This document shows positions 37,059-49,739 of a stretch of DNA of 64,000 nucleotides, piece after piece; position 1 is the stretch's first letter; each line of letters opens with the position of its first letter. Under the pieces are notes generated by a model. That model was not told the origin of the DNA, searched no databases, and saw only the letters and a list, made by a program, of their open reading frames with translations. The DNA comes from Camelus dromedarius (Eukaryota), in assembly GCF_036321535.1 (NCBI RefSeq), contig NC_087437.1:86864001-86928000 (forward strand), in the 5' to 3' direction. The translations under genes and the position numbers were made by a program.

Positions 37059-39130
37059 TCTACACGTGGTATCACTCAATTATTAAATGGAAGCCTGAGC
37101 TTTCGCTGTATCCCTGTCACTGTGTGGATTTCTTCCACTTCAACATAATGCATCATCTTATATTAGACAAGCAGCAATGTCATCTGATTTAAACTGCAAA
37201 AGTACAACAGATGAAAGAATTTACTAAAATAAGAATTCTGAGGTTTGAGAACCCTCTTGCACAGCATCCTCTAAGGCCACATCAGCAAGTGCTAGCGTGT
37301 AGCCCTGTCTCCGGCAGACATCCACATTTCCATTTCAGAGGCACTTTTGTTCTAGTACCAGCTAGCTGAAGTTTAGCAGGAAGAAGCACACACACACACA
37401 TAAACCAACCCCGATATAATTTTACTTAGTCAATGTTCCTATATGAAAAAAATTAATTTTGTTGATCTGTGATTACGAATGCTGAAATAATATCTGCACT
37501 CTTATGAATGATCAAAACTTGTGAGGTTATGACTGCTCATTTCTAAACCTGAATCTTTTCATCAGATACCATTCCAACCTAGAGCACACGTGGCGGTATT
37601 ATATATTACTCTTGCTGTATTCACTCTTCATTTTATATTTTGGCAAAACAAAACTCTGCTACTGAGAACTCCTTTCTCATGGCTCTGAGGTAATTCCCTA
37701 GATAATCAGGTTGTCACTTGAGCTTCAGAGCTCAAGTCTGACACTTAAAGTTCCAAAAGAAAAATCAGAATAGTTTTATCAAGTGCTTCTTGGACCTGAA
37801 ATTGTGACACTAGAGACCTAAGAAGTGTTTATTTTTGGCAGGAATGAGGCCAGGTGAGGTCCTATAAGAAGACGTTTAAAGAATGCTCTAACTCATGGTA
37901 GTTCTCAAAGTCTCATGCCGGGAAGTCCTCTTTCCCTTGCACGTGCATCAGGGAAAATTTATATTTGATAGAGTTTAAATATTTTTGAAAGGTTAATTTG
38001 TTTTGAGACAAAGTGATAAACATTTCCTTCTGTACAGTTTTATTCAAGGCTGACTGGAATCACTTACATCTGATAGGAGATAAAAACGGTATGTGGAAGC
38101 ATCCTGTTCTCCACGAACAGCTCCCCGTCTGCACAGCAGCAAGTTCTGATTTGACTGATTTGTGTCTGGCTTGATGCTCCTTGAGAATAAAGGTTCAGCT
38201 CCCACCTGCACATACCTTTTCCCTGTTAGAACCATCCATCAGGTCTTCACAAGCAGAAGTTCAGTGAGTCATTGAATTTATATTGTTGACTTCAACAACA
38301 CGATATCAAAAAGAGAAGATGCAGATAAAACTGAGATAGCTATTATACGGGGTAGAAGTCCTAAATATTTCTGAAAGAGTCTACATATGGTATCACTCAG
38401 TTATTAGATGCTTTATCTTTTCCTGTCAGGATGATAAATTTGCCTTAGTCCTGGGTCATACACTATCTCTTGTATTAGACAAATGAAGAACTCTGTTCAG
38501 TATTTTTGCAAGAGGTCACTAGCCAGCTGTACTGTTGCCTGAAGATACATATTAAAAATGAGTTGGAATTAGCCTCACTGAAAAACAAACACTGCTCTTC
38601 AGTCTATGCCATGTGTTATTCTTAATAAAATGTCTTGTATGCAAACATTTTCACAACCAGCTCTGATAATGTAGATGTAAATTAACATTCTCACATCTTT
38701 CCTTCATTCAAGCAGTTTTACTTCTATCCCTGACCATGCCTCTGGCTGGAGACTGTTTGGAATCACTAAAATCTCTTTGAAGATGTTCAGTTGCAATTTT
38801 CCCAAACATTGTGACAAAATTAGACATATTTCAGTTTGACTTTATAAGTACCACGTGTCATTTTTCTAGCCATAAAGAGCCTTAATATATGGCATCTATA
38901 TTGCAGACCTCAGGGTGACTGGCTGGTCTGGCTGAAGCAGCCCGGAGAAACATGCAGAACTATTTAAGGATCTAAACTGTTAGCAGGAAGCTGTCAAGGA
39001 AGAGTTGAGGTGACCTCATTGCTTTAGTTCATGGCAACAGGATTTTAAAAAGAGGTCAGGGTGAGGTCAAAAGTAATAGATAAAGATCATGTCTTAGGGG
39101 AGAATTTGTGTATATGAAGATGCTTTTCCC
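37059..39130. repeat. Highly diverged two-copy tandem duplication (unit ~1.2-1.35 kb)
   Basis: Co-linear blocks, e.g. tctacacgtggtatcactcaattattaaatg (37059-37089) vs tctacatatggtatcactcagttattagatg (38380-38410), and tcttatattagacaa (37156-37170) vs tcttgtattagacaa (38468-38482). Confidence 0.7.
39053..39069 (+). promoter_or_regulatory. Perfect DR5 nuclear-receptor motif (candidate RARE); function untested
   Basis: AGGTCA gggtg AGGTCA. Confidence 0.4.
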
Positions 39131-42100
39131 TCAAATCGATTCTGATCTATGTCACTGCTTTCAATTTTATGTCATCTCCTGCATTTCCGTTTTCTGTCAA
39201 AAATCATGATTCTGACATAGTGTATGTTGGCAACCAAAGAACAAGCACTGAGCGGCTATGGTTAAACAGTAGTCGGAAACGTTGAGATTCCATTCCTTCT
39301 GAGTCTCACATCCCGAGATGCAGCCCAGTTCCCCAAAGAGAGCCAGGTGGCTGCTCTCTACAGCCGCAGGTCCAATGGATGAGCAGGAAAGCACCGTGAC
39401 CTGCTGATGGCTGCAGAAGGAACATCGCTAATTCTCTCTCTGCCAGTCTGGAAGTGACAGTGAGGTAACTCCTGGCCCAAGCAGCATAGATTCCTTTTGC
39501 CTCTTTTTTCCCTTCCTCTGGACCTCCCGGGACATCAGAACATTTACCGTTCACATGTTTAGCCACATCAAACTAATTAAGTCATGGAAGAGACATTGGA
39601 TCAATCCTGGAGCCATGCAGAGAAAGGCAAGCAAGTCAACATTTCACTGACATAAGGGGTATCACATCTCATAGTTTATAGTGGGGCATGAGAAACTGTA
39701 AATTATCAAAGAAACTTCCTCCTGGCACTGCTTCCAGGTCAGTCCTGCCCCACAGTGATTTATAGCCCAATGCCTTTGCAAGCTCTTCTGTTTGGGGCTG
39801 GTCTGCTCTTAGTGTCTTGGACACTATTTCAGGATAAAGTGATTCACTCCAAAGAAAACTAAGTATCCCTCTATTTGAAGAGTTATTTTTCAAGGTTAAC
39901 TCATAATTATACATTTCCCTCCGATGAAAGCTGACTACTTATTTTCCATTGTTCTCTGCAAGGTGGCCTCACACTCACTTGGTATGAAGTGTTTCATAAC
40001 GGCAACCAGATCGGAGATAATTCATATTCTCAGAGAATTTCATTATGCATTATATAACCAATATAAAAAAGACACATAGCACTGAATTAATTTAGGTTTG
40101 ATGAAATAAAAATTGTGTTCTATACCAGCTGGGTCCCGGGAAATGTGGGCATTTAATTCACTCCTCAATTATTAAACTACTTCTAAGAAATCTTAGCTTC
40201 CAATCTACTAAGACATGATTGAAGGAAAAATCAATAGTTCTTCTGAAAAGATACAACTTGCACACACTATAACAGATAACAATTGATGATCAGGGTGCCC
40301 GATGTATTTTACCATAGAATTTCTAAACTAATAAAACACAAAACAAACACAAAATTATTTCAGACTCTGACCATCAGGTCGGTAGGAAATGTTGTGCTGT
40401 GACTCAGAATAGTTTCCCAGCATGTGGTCTGCAAAACAAATACCTAATGAAAAGTCTTCTGTGTTCAAATGAATTCAAATGATACAGAATGAGCACAGTT
40501 AAACAGATGTTTAGAGCTGCACTTTCTAGAGACTTTAACAAGGAACAGGTATAAAGATTCACCAATTGGAGGAGTGAAGCATGTAACTTTCCAGATTTAA
40601 TTAGTCACAACCCCACTACTGCCTTCTCCAATGCATAGCATTTTGTGTAAACCGGCATCTTTCTCCCACCCCAGGAGCTCTTTGTGTTTTCATTTAAATG
40701 TACGTAATTTGTACTAGATTATAATTACAAGCAAGGCACATTCATTGTGATCCTTGGTAATGAATCAATTATAACTTGAGTTGATGTGATGCTGATGTTA
40801 TTTGTCTGCAGTAGGAAAAAAAAATGAAAGCACAATTTGGAATATAAAATCACGTGCCACAGGAAGCACAGGTACATGACTGTAAGAGTTTAATTTCCTT
40901 TTTTTGAGCAGAGACTTCCTAATGACCCTGATTTGATTTCTAACACACTTAGATTGCAAAATTTTCTACAGAAAAGATTAGGCAAAGCATATAAACTGCA
41001 CAGCTCTTACCAGGGGCAGTTGTTCAGCTACCAGTTCTGTTTTAACTGAACAGTATGTGGGAGGGGAATTAATGCCAAGTAAAATATCCTTGGCCATTCA
41101 GGGGGCTATCAGAGAACTTTGCAAAAGTTCATATTTCCAGGAATAGAACAGGTGGGCACAAAGACTTTTGAAGAGATAGGTATAATTTGAAATTTACTTC
41201 TCCATTGATTACATTTCCAAACTCCCCTTAGTTTGTTCATACCAGGTAAAAAGTCAACAATCCCTTTTGATGCTTCATGACAAAAATTAAAAAAAAACCA
41301 TAATCCATTATGACAGCAATTTTGGTAGATGTTAATTTGGTAGATGCTTCTTTGAAGGGGGGCAAAGAAACCATCAAAACTGATTTGTTTTAAAATCAGT
41401 GAATATAACTTAAAATGGTCACTTTTTAGATTTCACAGCTGTTACACAGTTGAAAGAAATAGGAAGAGGAATGTGAGTCTCTAGCTAGTTTTGGAAATCT
41501 TTCTCAGTATTTTAAAAAATGTTTTAAGGTACAAAAAGACAACCCCAATTTTTCCTGAAGAATTCTGAAGATGGACACAGGTCAGACAGGGACTCTGGAA
41601 CTAAAAAGCCCTTGTAAAACTCCAAAATTGTGAGCAGCTGGTTCTGTCCAACTCCTGTGAAGTGGAGTGCTCTGGTTCAAGAGTTTTCTTGTCATGCAAT
41701 CAGAGGACGGAAACATTAAGATTGCAGATGTAGAGTGGTGACACACTGTAATTTCATACAGATCATAAGATGGTTTGGTGACATAAGAATTACTAGACCA
41801 TGAGGCCTGGGGTCCATGAAATGGATTAAAGCTTTATTGCTCTTTGGAGTTCTGACAATGACAAATGCTCTCTCTGATGTTGGGATTATCTTGTCTAAAC
41901 TTTTGTTTCCTTAGTTTCAGGTTTCACTTTTTCCTTAACCATCTTATGAGATCCCAAATAACTTCCGCTTTTTCATTGTTATTGGAAGGCATTTAGAAAC
42001 ACCCCTTCTTCTCATATTTCGTCTCTGACATCACATCCATGAATTAAGTCACTTTTAAATTTCCGACATCCTAATAAAGATTTTGAATGAGAGACTTAAT

Positions 42101-43354
42101 CATGTGGTCACATGACCTAATTCCAAACTCCTATTAAATACATGAAAGAAAGGAAAAGAATGAAAGACAACGAGAGAGAATTTTATAAGAAAAGTTCAGG
42201 CACAAAATATTATAAGTATCAGTTATCAATATAATTTTTCAATTGCTGGTATCAATTAACTAAGCATATTTTTGACAGCAAATTCTTAAGAACAAGTCAA
42301 CCACACATGATATATGTCTCTTCTACCACAATACTCATATGGACACACACACACACATAAAGAGTTTCACAAATAAGATTTTGGATTTAAGACGGAAATA
42401 AAGAATTTAAGTAAATTTCAAAAAGTGTTTTGCAAATGTATTAATTTTTCTTTATTTAAAAAAAGAGGTATTTTTTTTTCCTTTTGACTCTGAACCTGAT
42501 GGCACTTTTCTCTCTTCCTGTCATTCTGTCTTTGTTGTTGTCATGCATTATGAAAACACCACTTCTGGTGAAGTTAAGTGGGTAAAATGTTAAAGATAAG
42601 AAGAGTTATAAGAGTATACCTTTTCAGCAAAACTTGAGGGCATTAGCATTCAGCATTTCCCTAGGACCTGATATGTGAAAATCTTACAGATGGAAACTCA
42701 TTAAGATTTACTTATTTCTAAAAATTTCCAGTAAGCCAGATTGGAAAATTTATTCTAAAAGCATTACTTCCCAGCAGAGTTTCAGACTGCATTTGAATGT
42801 ATTATAAATGCATTTACTTTTTAAAAATTTTAATAATTGAAGAGTGGTAGGTGTGCTATAGTTAAACTAACTCACTTTTTACTTTTTCTGTCCTTCAAAA
42901 AAGAAAAACAATAATAGAATCTATGAACCAAATAGAAATTATATCAATGAGCACAGCAAAGTGGCATAAACCTTGCTTTTGGGTAGGAAGACAGAGAGGG
43001 CAGCAAAAATGACTCCTTTTCCAAGTAGAATGTAGATTTTTAAAATTTTACAGTAGAAATTTCCTGTGACTTGAGATACATTATGAGGGAACATTTTTAA
43101 GAACAAGGGAAACTTCATAGGTGTTCATTTCACTTCCTATTATTTTTTAAATCCCAGACAACTAGCATAGGGTTTGGTATTTGAGTGCTTAATAATTTGA
43201 AATGATTGACCAGCTGATTACAAACCACTGAAACTCTGCTGTATGCTGAGCAATGTTGTAGATCTTAATGGGTAACCAATACAGGACAACAAAAAGAATA
43301 TCTGCCACCACCAATAAGTATAAAATGTTAAAGTATTTCAATTTTCTGAGAAAC

Positions 43355-43560
43355 TAAAGCAGTGGGTTTAGAATTAGACTGACCTGTTTTTGTTATTTAC
43401 TAGCGCTGTCATTAGGCAAAGGTATGATCTTTTAGAAGACCCAGTTTCTACATCTATAAAATAAAGAAAATCATATCTACATCATAATTATAGTAAAGGA
43501 TTAAAAGAAATATTTTGTAAGTGTTGTCCCACACAAGACAGTCAATAAAATATTAGTTTC
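43355..43560 (+). mobile_element. MIR SINE
   Basis: atttactagcgctgt...cagtttctacatctataaaat...aggattaaa...tcaataaa. Confidence 0.7.
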
Positions 43561-44069
43561 TCACCCTTGTGTCAAAAGACTTAAAATCAAAATTGGTAGA
43601 ATCATACTTTAAAATTTGAGAACTTTAATTCTGACATCGAATACTGAACATTGTTTGGTATTGTTTCTGCATGGTCTAATATGGGGAAAATAGGACATTC
43701 AGGGTTTAGAACAGAAAGTCAAAATGTCCCTCACACCTGTATCTCCATTTGTTTCTTCTATAAAGATGGATGATGACTTTCTTAGGTATCCTGAAAGTTC
43801 TTAGTCGAAAGGAGTGTTCCATATTTCAAAATGCCACCTGAAATACAGTTTTTATAGTAAAAGGAAAGCTGAGATATGGATGAATTTTATCTCAGCAATG
43901 AGACATAAATACAAGTTATAGCACAAATTATGTTTGCATTAGAGAACTATTAATATCTTCACATCAATGATTTAAATGTGTTGATTTTGGCTGCTACTTT
44001 ATTTATGAAACTATACCTTTGAAAACAAAGTCTATCTGTATTGCCTCTATCTCTTCCTCTAAAACTCTC

Positions 44070-44200
44070 AGTGCCAACAAAAGTAGACTCCTCCACCAGA
44101 GCAGGGACAATATCCTGTTTGACTCTGTATCTTTAGCATATTACACACAGTACCTGGACATCCAGAGATAATCAGTATTCACTAGTCAATATTGTTTCAC
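44070..44200 (+). mobile_element. L2 3' end
   Basis: gagcagggac...ctgtatctttagcat...cacagtacctgg. Confidence 0.55.
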
Positions 44201-44888
44201 TGAGACTCCTAAATGTATTCAGACATAGTTGAAAACTACTTTTAGCAATAAATAAGACTAGTGATAATTTACCCATGAGAAAAAACAATGACTAAAGTCT
44301 GCAATGTAGTTTACATTAAATTAGACTTTTTCCTTAATCAGGTTTTTTCAATACAGTTTATCTTTGCGTCAACAAAGAAAGAGGATCTTTTACAAATTAT
44401 AAACTGAAATCAACAGCAATATATAATGTAATTGATTTAAGAGCTACATATTTCATATCTATTTTCTAGTGTTTGTAAGAGTTTAATGACATATCACTGT
44501 ATTTCTTATCTATTTAATGTTACTATATCCATTTAAAAGTGATTAAACATTGATTTGATTTAATTTATATGAATTAAATACTATCATACACATGAATGGT
44601 AATATTGAATATCATGTATACTTATGAATAAATTGTGATGAACATCTCTAAAGCAGGAAGAATTAGTAGAATTTCAATACAGAACTATCAACATTTTGTG
44701 TTGCTATCTCATGAGGCATGTAGACAGTTTGGATAAATTCTTTAATAATATTCTCAGGAAATCTGAGTCAAATCTGAGTCATGTTACTTATAATAAAACA
44801 TTTGGAAAAATCATTCAGGGAATCCAAATTATGTCCCAAACAAGCAATTGAATGAAAAAGTGAATTGCATTAATTTGCAGACAGTCTT

Positions 44889-44996
44889 GTAATTCTCTTT
44901 TTTGGTAGTGTCTTTGTCTGGTTTTGGTATCAGGGTGATGGTGGCTCCATAGAATAAGTTTGGGAGTATTCCCTCCTTTTCAATCTTCTGGAAGAG
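44889..44996 (-). mobile_element. 108 bp internal L1 ORF2 fragment without tail, between perfect 14 bp direct repeats
   Basis: Minus strand translates [36 protein letters not shown]; ttgcagacagtctt occurs at 44875-44888 and 44997-45010. Confidence 0.92.
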
Positions 44997-45085
44997 TTGC
45001 AGACAGTCTTTATAGTATTGAAAAGCTGCAATCTGGAATATTATAAGCCCTGCCTACCATGTGGTGGACATCCAGTAAGTGTGAA

Positions 45086-45158
45086 CAGAAATAAGGAAGA
45101 ATGGAAAGAAGGGAAGAAAAGAGGAAGAAAAGCAAGAAAGAAGAAAAGAGAAAGATAA
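45086..45158. repeat. GA-rich low-complexity tract
   Basis: Seen directly. Confidence 0.8.
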
Positions 45159-46734
45159 AATACATATCCATCCACGTGTTTTTTTTTCAGGCAAGAAAAC
45201 AGTGGAATCCCCAGTAAAGCTATGTAGCCAACTTCATGATAAAAATCATGCTGTTTGCTATACCATTAAATGATGCAAAGATCCCTTGAAGGCTAATGTA
45301 GAAACTGAGACAGATGTCCTTAATCATGAGAGTTCATACAAAAACATGCTCCATATGGTTTAGTACACAAGATGTACGGCTTAAGTGGCCCAGGAATAGG
45401 AGTGCAGAGCCAGGAGTGGAGAAGAAGAAATAGTGCAAGATCAGCGCCATGTTGATAACAGTGTTGATAGTATAACAGCTAATGAGAGCATATTCTGACC
45501 AACAATGGCACATCTGTATGTACAGGACTGAGCTTTTTATTTTTAAGTAGTGTTTTATGACCATGTAAATCTCAGTTGCTGCCTACTCTTAGAACAAAAG
45601 AGGAAACTTTATCGAACCTCATTTTTTGATGTATGTGCCCATAGCTTTACTATGGGTCAAAAAATTTGTTAAAATTGTTTTTAGAACTAAAAGAAGAAAT
45701 TGCATCCAGCCCTTTAGGAAACTGTCTGTCTCCTGCACATGTCTAAGTATCAAGTCAGTGTGCTCTAGTTCTGTTGTGAGATCAACTCCAGAGATCTGCA
45801 TCTTGTATGTTAATCTAATGCTTCCTGAAATAAGCAGTTACTCTTCGGGAAACCAATAAAAGTGCCTCTTGCCCACAATTTAATAAGGAGATTTCCACCG
45901 TGGGTAAACAAATAACAATCACAAAGCTACACAAGGCTAAAACCCTGCATAAGAGCCATATTTTCTTCTCTAACAACCACATTGAATCAAATAGCTAGCC
46001 AGCTTTTTTCCATGCACTTACTGTGTAGGATCAAATAGTTCTTTTAATCAGAATACAAATATGCTGAATGAATCAGATCTTCTCAGAGCCTCACATTTTT
46101 TCTTTTAATTGTTAAAAGATGTTGGAAACATTTTCAACCATTTCAGACTAAATCTAATATTTATGTGCCCTACATAGCAGGAAACTATGCTTGTGGAGTA
46201 GCCATTTACCACACTTAACATCTCCTCATTTGAAGCAATATTTCCAGGCCTCTAAGTGTATGTAGTCCTCCACTGTAAACCAGGAATATATGGTTTATAA
46301 TTTAATACTAGGAAACGGAAATTAAGTTTTGTATTATTTAAGTTGGGACTGAAAATAAGCTTCCATACAAAGTCAAAATATTCTGTTTCACTAAAGGAAG
46401 TTGTTTCTACCTTATATAATTTTTATTATTACACACTTCAAATGTCAAAAACAAAAGTCATTTTATTAACAATAAGAAATAGGAGAAGTCTTGTTCTGTA
46501 TTTTGAAAATAATTATTGATCAGTTTTAATGTAAAAAATTATTATCAGAGTTGGCCAAACATTGAACAATGGGTCCCAAATGACTTTCCAAAATTTACCT
46601 TTGGAACTCACTTCCTTCAGAGTTCAATTTTGGTGAACGTAAATCCTAAAACTAGGCTTTTCACTGGAGGAAGGTAAGTAAATAGGGCAAAGAAAAGTAC
46701 TTTTTGAGTGTGTAAACTAAGGAAAACTCTCTAC

Positions 46735-46915
46735 CTATAATGTTCCACTTTATCTTTCTAACATTATTAGCTTGATACAATTATTTTTATATAATACATG
46801 ATGAATAAACTGAATCTCTAGAATTCAACCAGCATTGAGTTTAACTAATAAAAACAGCTAAGGATCGTGAACTCAGGTTTGTTTGACATGGAATCCTGAT
46901 TCCTTTCCACCACAG
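46735..46915 (-). mobile_element. MIR fragment
   Basis: gatgaataaactgaatctc...gaactcaggtttgtttgac...ctttccaccaca. Confidence 0.55.
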
Positions 46916-47999
46916 TACTTTTTAACAAGCCCAACAGGAAGTACTCACAGTGATATATAATACCTGATGAGACTCACGTTACTCACTTAGCCATTCAAAA
47001 ATAGTCACGTGAAAAAAAGCTCTTTAGTTTCAAAATACCTGAGGGCAAACAGAAAAATTTTTATCCAATACTCTACAAGTATACAGTGTAGTAACTGAGT
47101 GTCCTTTAGACTGTTTCAGAACTAAGAAATGTTTAGTTATTCGTGGACTCAGAAAAATGCAGTTTACTCAATGAATGTGGGTTTATTTAATGACACATGG
47201 ATTATGGGAAAAACAAATCATCTTAGCATCTGAACTCTACAGGAGTCAAAAAGGACTAAAATGTTTTCAAGCTTCAACATTAATTTCAACATCCATCTTC
47301 ATTACATTCTCTACTCTATTTCAGCCACATATCCAGGGCAAAAAGCAAAAAAAAACCCCACATTATTTTTTGTATTACATAAGTGCATGGGCATTTTTAT
47401 CTTCTGTTAGTACTGAGAGATAACTCAGATAATTTCATGCCTTTATTTCTATTGTTTCAGTTGCTTCTACAACCAAATAAACAAATCATAGATGTGAACT
47501 TATATTACAGCAGTGGTTCTGACAAATTTTAAAGCTATTGATGATGCCTTTATTAATATAGTAAAGATATAAAAATTAAAAAAAACAAATGAAGATAATT
47601 TTCTTTTAGAAAAGGAGAGAATTAACAGAATTCCTCCCACACATAAAATAACCTAGAATTATTACAACCAATCAAGAGAGTCCTACACTGTTCTCATTTA
47701 ACTCCTTAAATTCTAGACTGGCCAGTTCAAAAAACTCTGCTTAATAGCATGCATAATAAATCATTACTTATCTTAATTACACGCATATGCATTCTTTTTC
47801 ACTTAAAAATAAACACATATAGCAAGGACATATAGTTTTATTTTTCCATATGTAGCACTACAATTTTCAAATGATAATAAATGCATAATATTGAATATTT
47901 ATCACATATTAAAAAGTGTTAGAACATGAAGCACCTATAGGAAACATCTAGACCAATACTCATCTCATATAGGTAAAAAACAGATACATTTGTTTGCCT

Positions 48000-49240
48000 A
48001 AACATTATCAGAATTTATATGCATGTACAGAGTTACAAATGTTTATTATAATGCCTTGAGCAACTACTAAGAAAACTATACAGTGTTAAACACAAAGAAA
48101 AAACCTCCAAAAGGCAATTCTAAATGAAAGATTATCTCACAAGAAGTCAAGAAAAGAGAAAGAGCAGCATGAGAAACAGTGAGAAAATTGAAAAAATAGT
48201 AAATTGACAGACAAGCCACAATATGATTAATTTAAAAATAAATAATCTAAATACACTAATTAAAAGACAGAGATTGGCAAATGGATACAAAAATGAAAGA
48301 GGAAGAAATAATCTTCAACTTATTTTATGAAGCCTGACATCAAAAGCCCAACAAAGAAGATGAAGTGAAGTAAAGGAAAGAACATCTACATGTCTTTCAC
48401 GAACTCAGATGTAACATTTTCAACAAAATCTTAGTATTGAATCCAGCAGTGTATTAAATAATTACATACCATGAAAGAGGGAGATTTGTTTAAGGCTTTC
48501 AAGGCTGCTTTGATATTAAAAAAATTAATCAGTATAATCACCATATCAGAAAGAAGAAAATCACATGATCCTACCAATTGGGGGAGGAAAAAATTTGAAA
48601 AATTTCAACGCTTCTTCATGAAAAAACTCAGAAAACTAAGAGAAGTTCCTCAATTTGATAAAAAGCATCACAAAAATTTATTTATGATGAAAGACAATAC
48701 TTTATCCCTAAGACTGAGAACAAGGCAAGGATGCTTACTTGTTACTCTTATTCAACATAGTACTAGAGTTGTAGCAAGAACAGTAAGGAAGGAAGATAAA
48801 TAAAGGACATATAGATTGGAGAGGAAGATATAAAATTGTTACTATTTTAGATGGCATGATTATCTACATAGAAAAGTCCAAAGCATCTATAAAAAATGAA
48901 AACTTAGCAGTAATAAATGAGTTCAACAAGGCAGTAGGATATAAAATCAAAACAACAAAAAAATCATTTTCTAGAAACCAACAATGAACATGTGGAAATG
49001 AATTAAAATCACAATATTATTTATAATTATGCCAAAGAAAATTAAATACTTATATATAAATTAAACAAAACCTATACAGGATCTCTATGATGAAAATGAC
49101 AAAATGTTGATGAAAGACATCAGAAAAAACCTACATTAATAGAGAAACACACCATGCTCATAGATTGGAAAACTCAAGTTAGTAAAGATTTCAATTAGAC
49201 ACAAATTATCTATAGATTTAGTAAAAATCCTATCTATTCC
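48000..49240 (+). mobile_element. Old L1 ORF2 fragments
   Basis: taattaaaagacagagattggcaaatggata; cctaagactgagaacaaggcaaggatgc; agatggcatgattatctacatagaaaa. ORF 48471..48803 contains L1-like LRLRTRQGCLL. Confidence 0.85.
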
Positions 49241-49359
49241 ACCATATTACATATGCATTTTATAAAAATTGCAATATTTATTTTAAAAGCATCATTTATT
49301 TTATATCCTTGAAGATATTTACATCCCAATTTTTCTATATAGTTACTCTTAACCAAACG

Positions 49360-49715
49360 AGTGCAGAAGACAAGGGAGTTGATGTCTACTCTTCAGCATG
49401 ATAAAAATATTTCCCACTAAGCAGGTTTGCTTGCAGCCCATATAGATTAAGGTTCCTTAAACTCAGGTGTCTTTTCCATCAACAGAACCCACTGCATATG
49501 CAGGTATGACCTGACTCTCTTTGTTTTACTCTGTAGAAATCGGGGCATGGGAAACCAGCACTGAAAATGTTGACCTTGAGGCTACTGTTATTGCCAAAAG
49601 TGCCAAACAGTCTGTTGTTTCTAATCCTGAAACGTCACATCTTCTACTAGTATCCATGAAAGCGTGAGACGCTTGTAAAAAGGGCAAAATCTCAGGCTCT
49701 TTACAATTCTCAGTT
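49360..49715 (+). mobile_element. ERVL LTR (LTR40-like)
   Basis: aacccactgcatatgcagg...tatccatgaaa...agggcaaaatctcaggctctttacaattct resembles the LTR40 3' end. Confidence 0.65.
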
Positions 49716-49739
49716 GATTTCTTTTTCCTCCCCCTCTCC

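Noticed and set aside
40410..40620. Possible hAT-Charlie (MER113-like) fragment
   Set aside because: Resemblance too weak to call without a profile search.
45180..45600. Possible exon or processed pseudogene (T-run + CAG acceptor-like site; hydrophobic minus-strand ORF 45334..45564)
   Set aside because: No recognisable protein similarity and no poly(A) or flanking duplication seen. A BLASTX/Dfam search would settle it.
48471..48803. 110 aa ORF with L1-like residues (also 9914..10147, 10519..10707, 10875..11090, 12265..12453)
   Set aside because: Frameshifted or antisense readings of decayed L1 ORF2, not genes.
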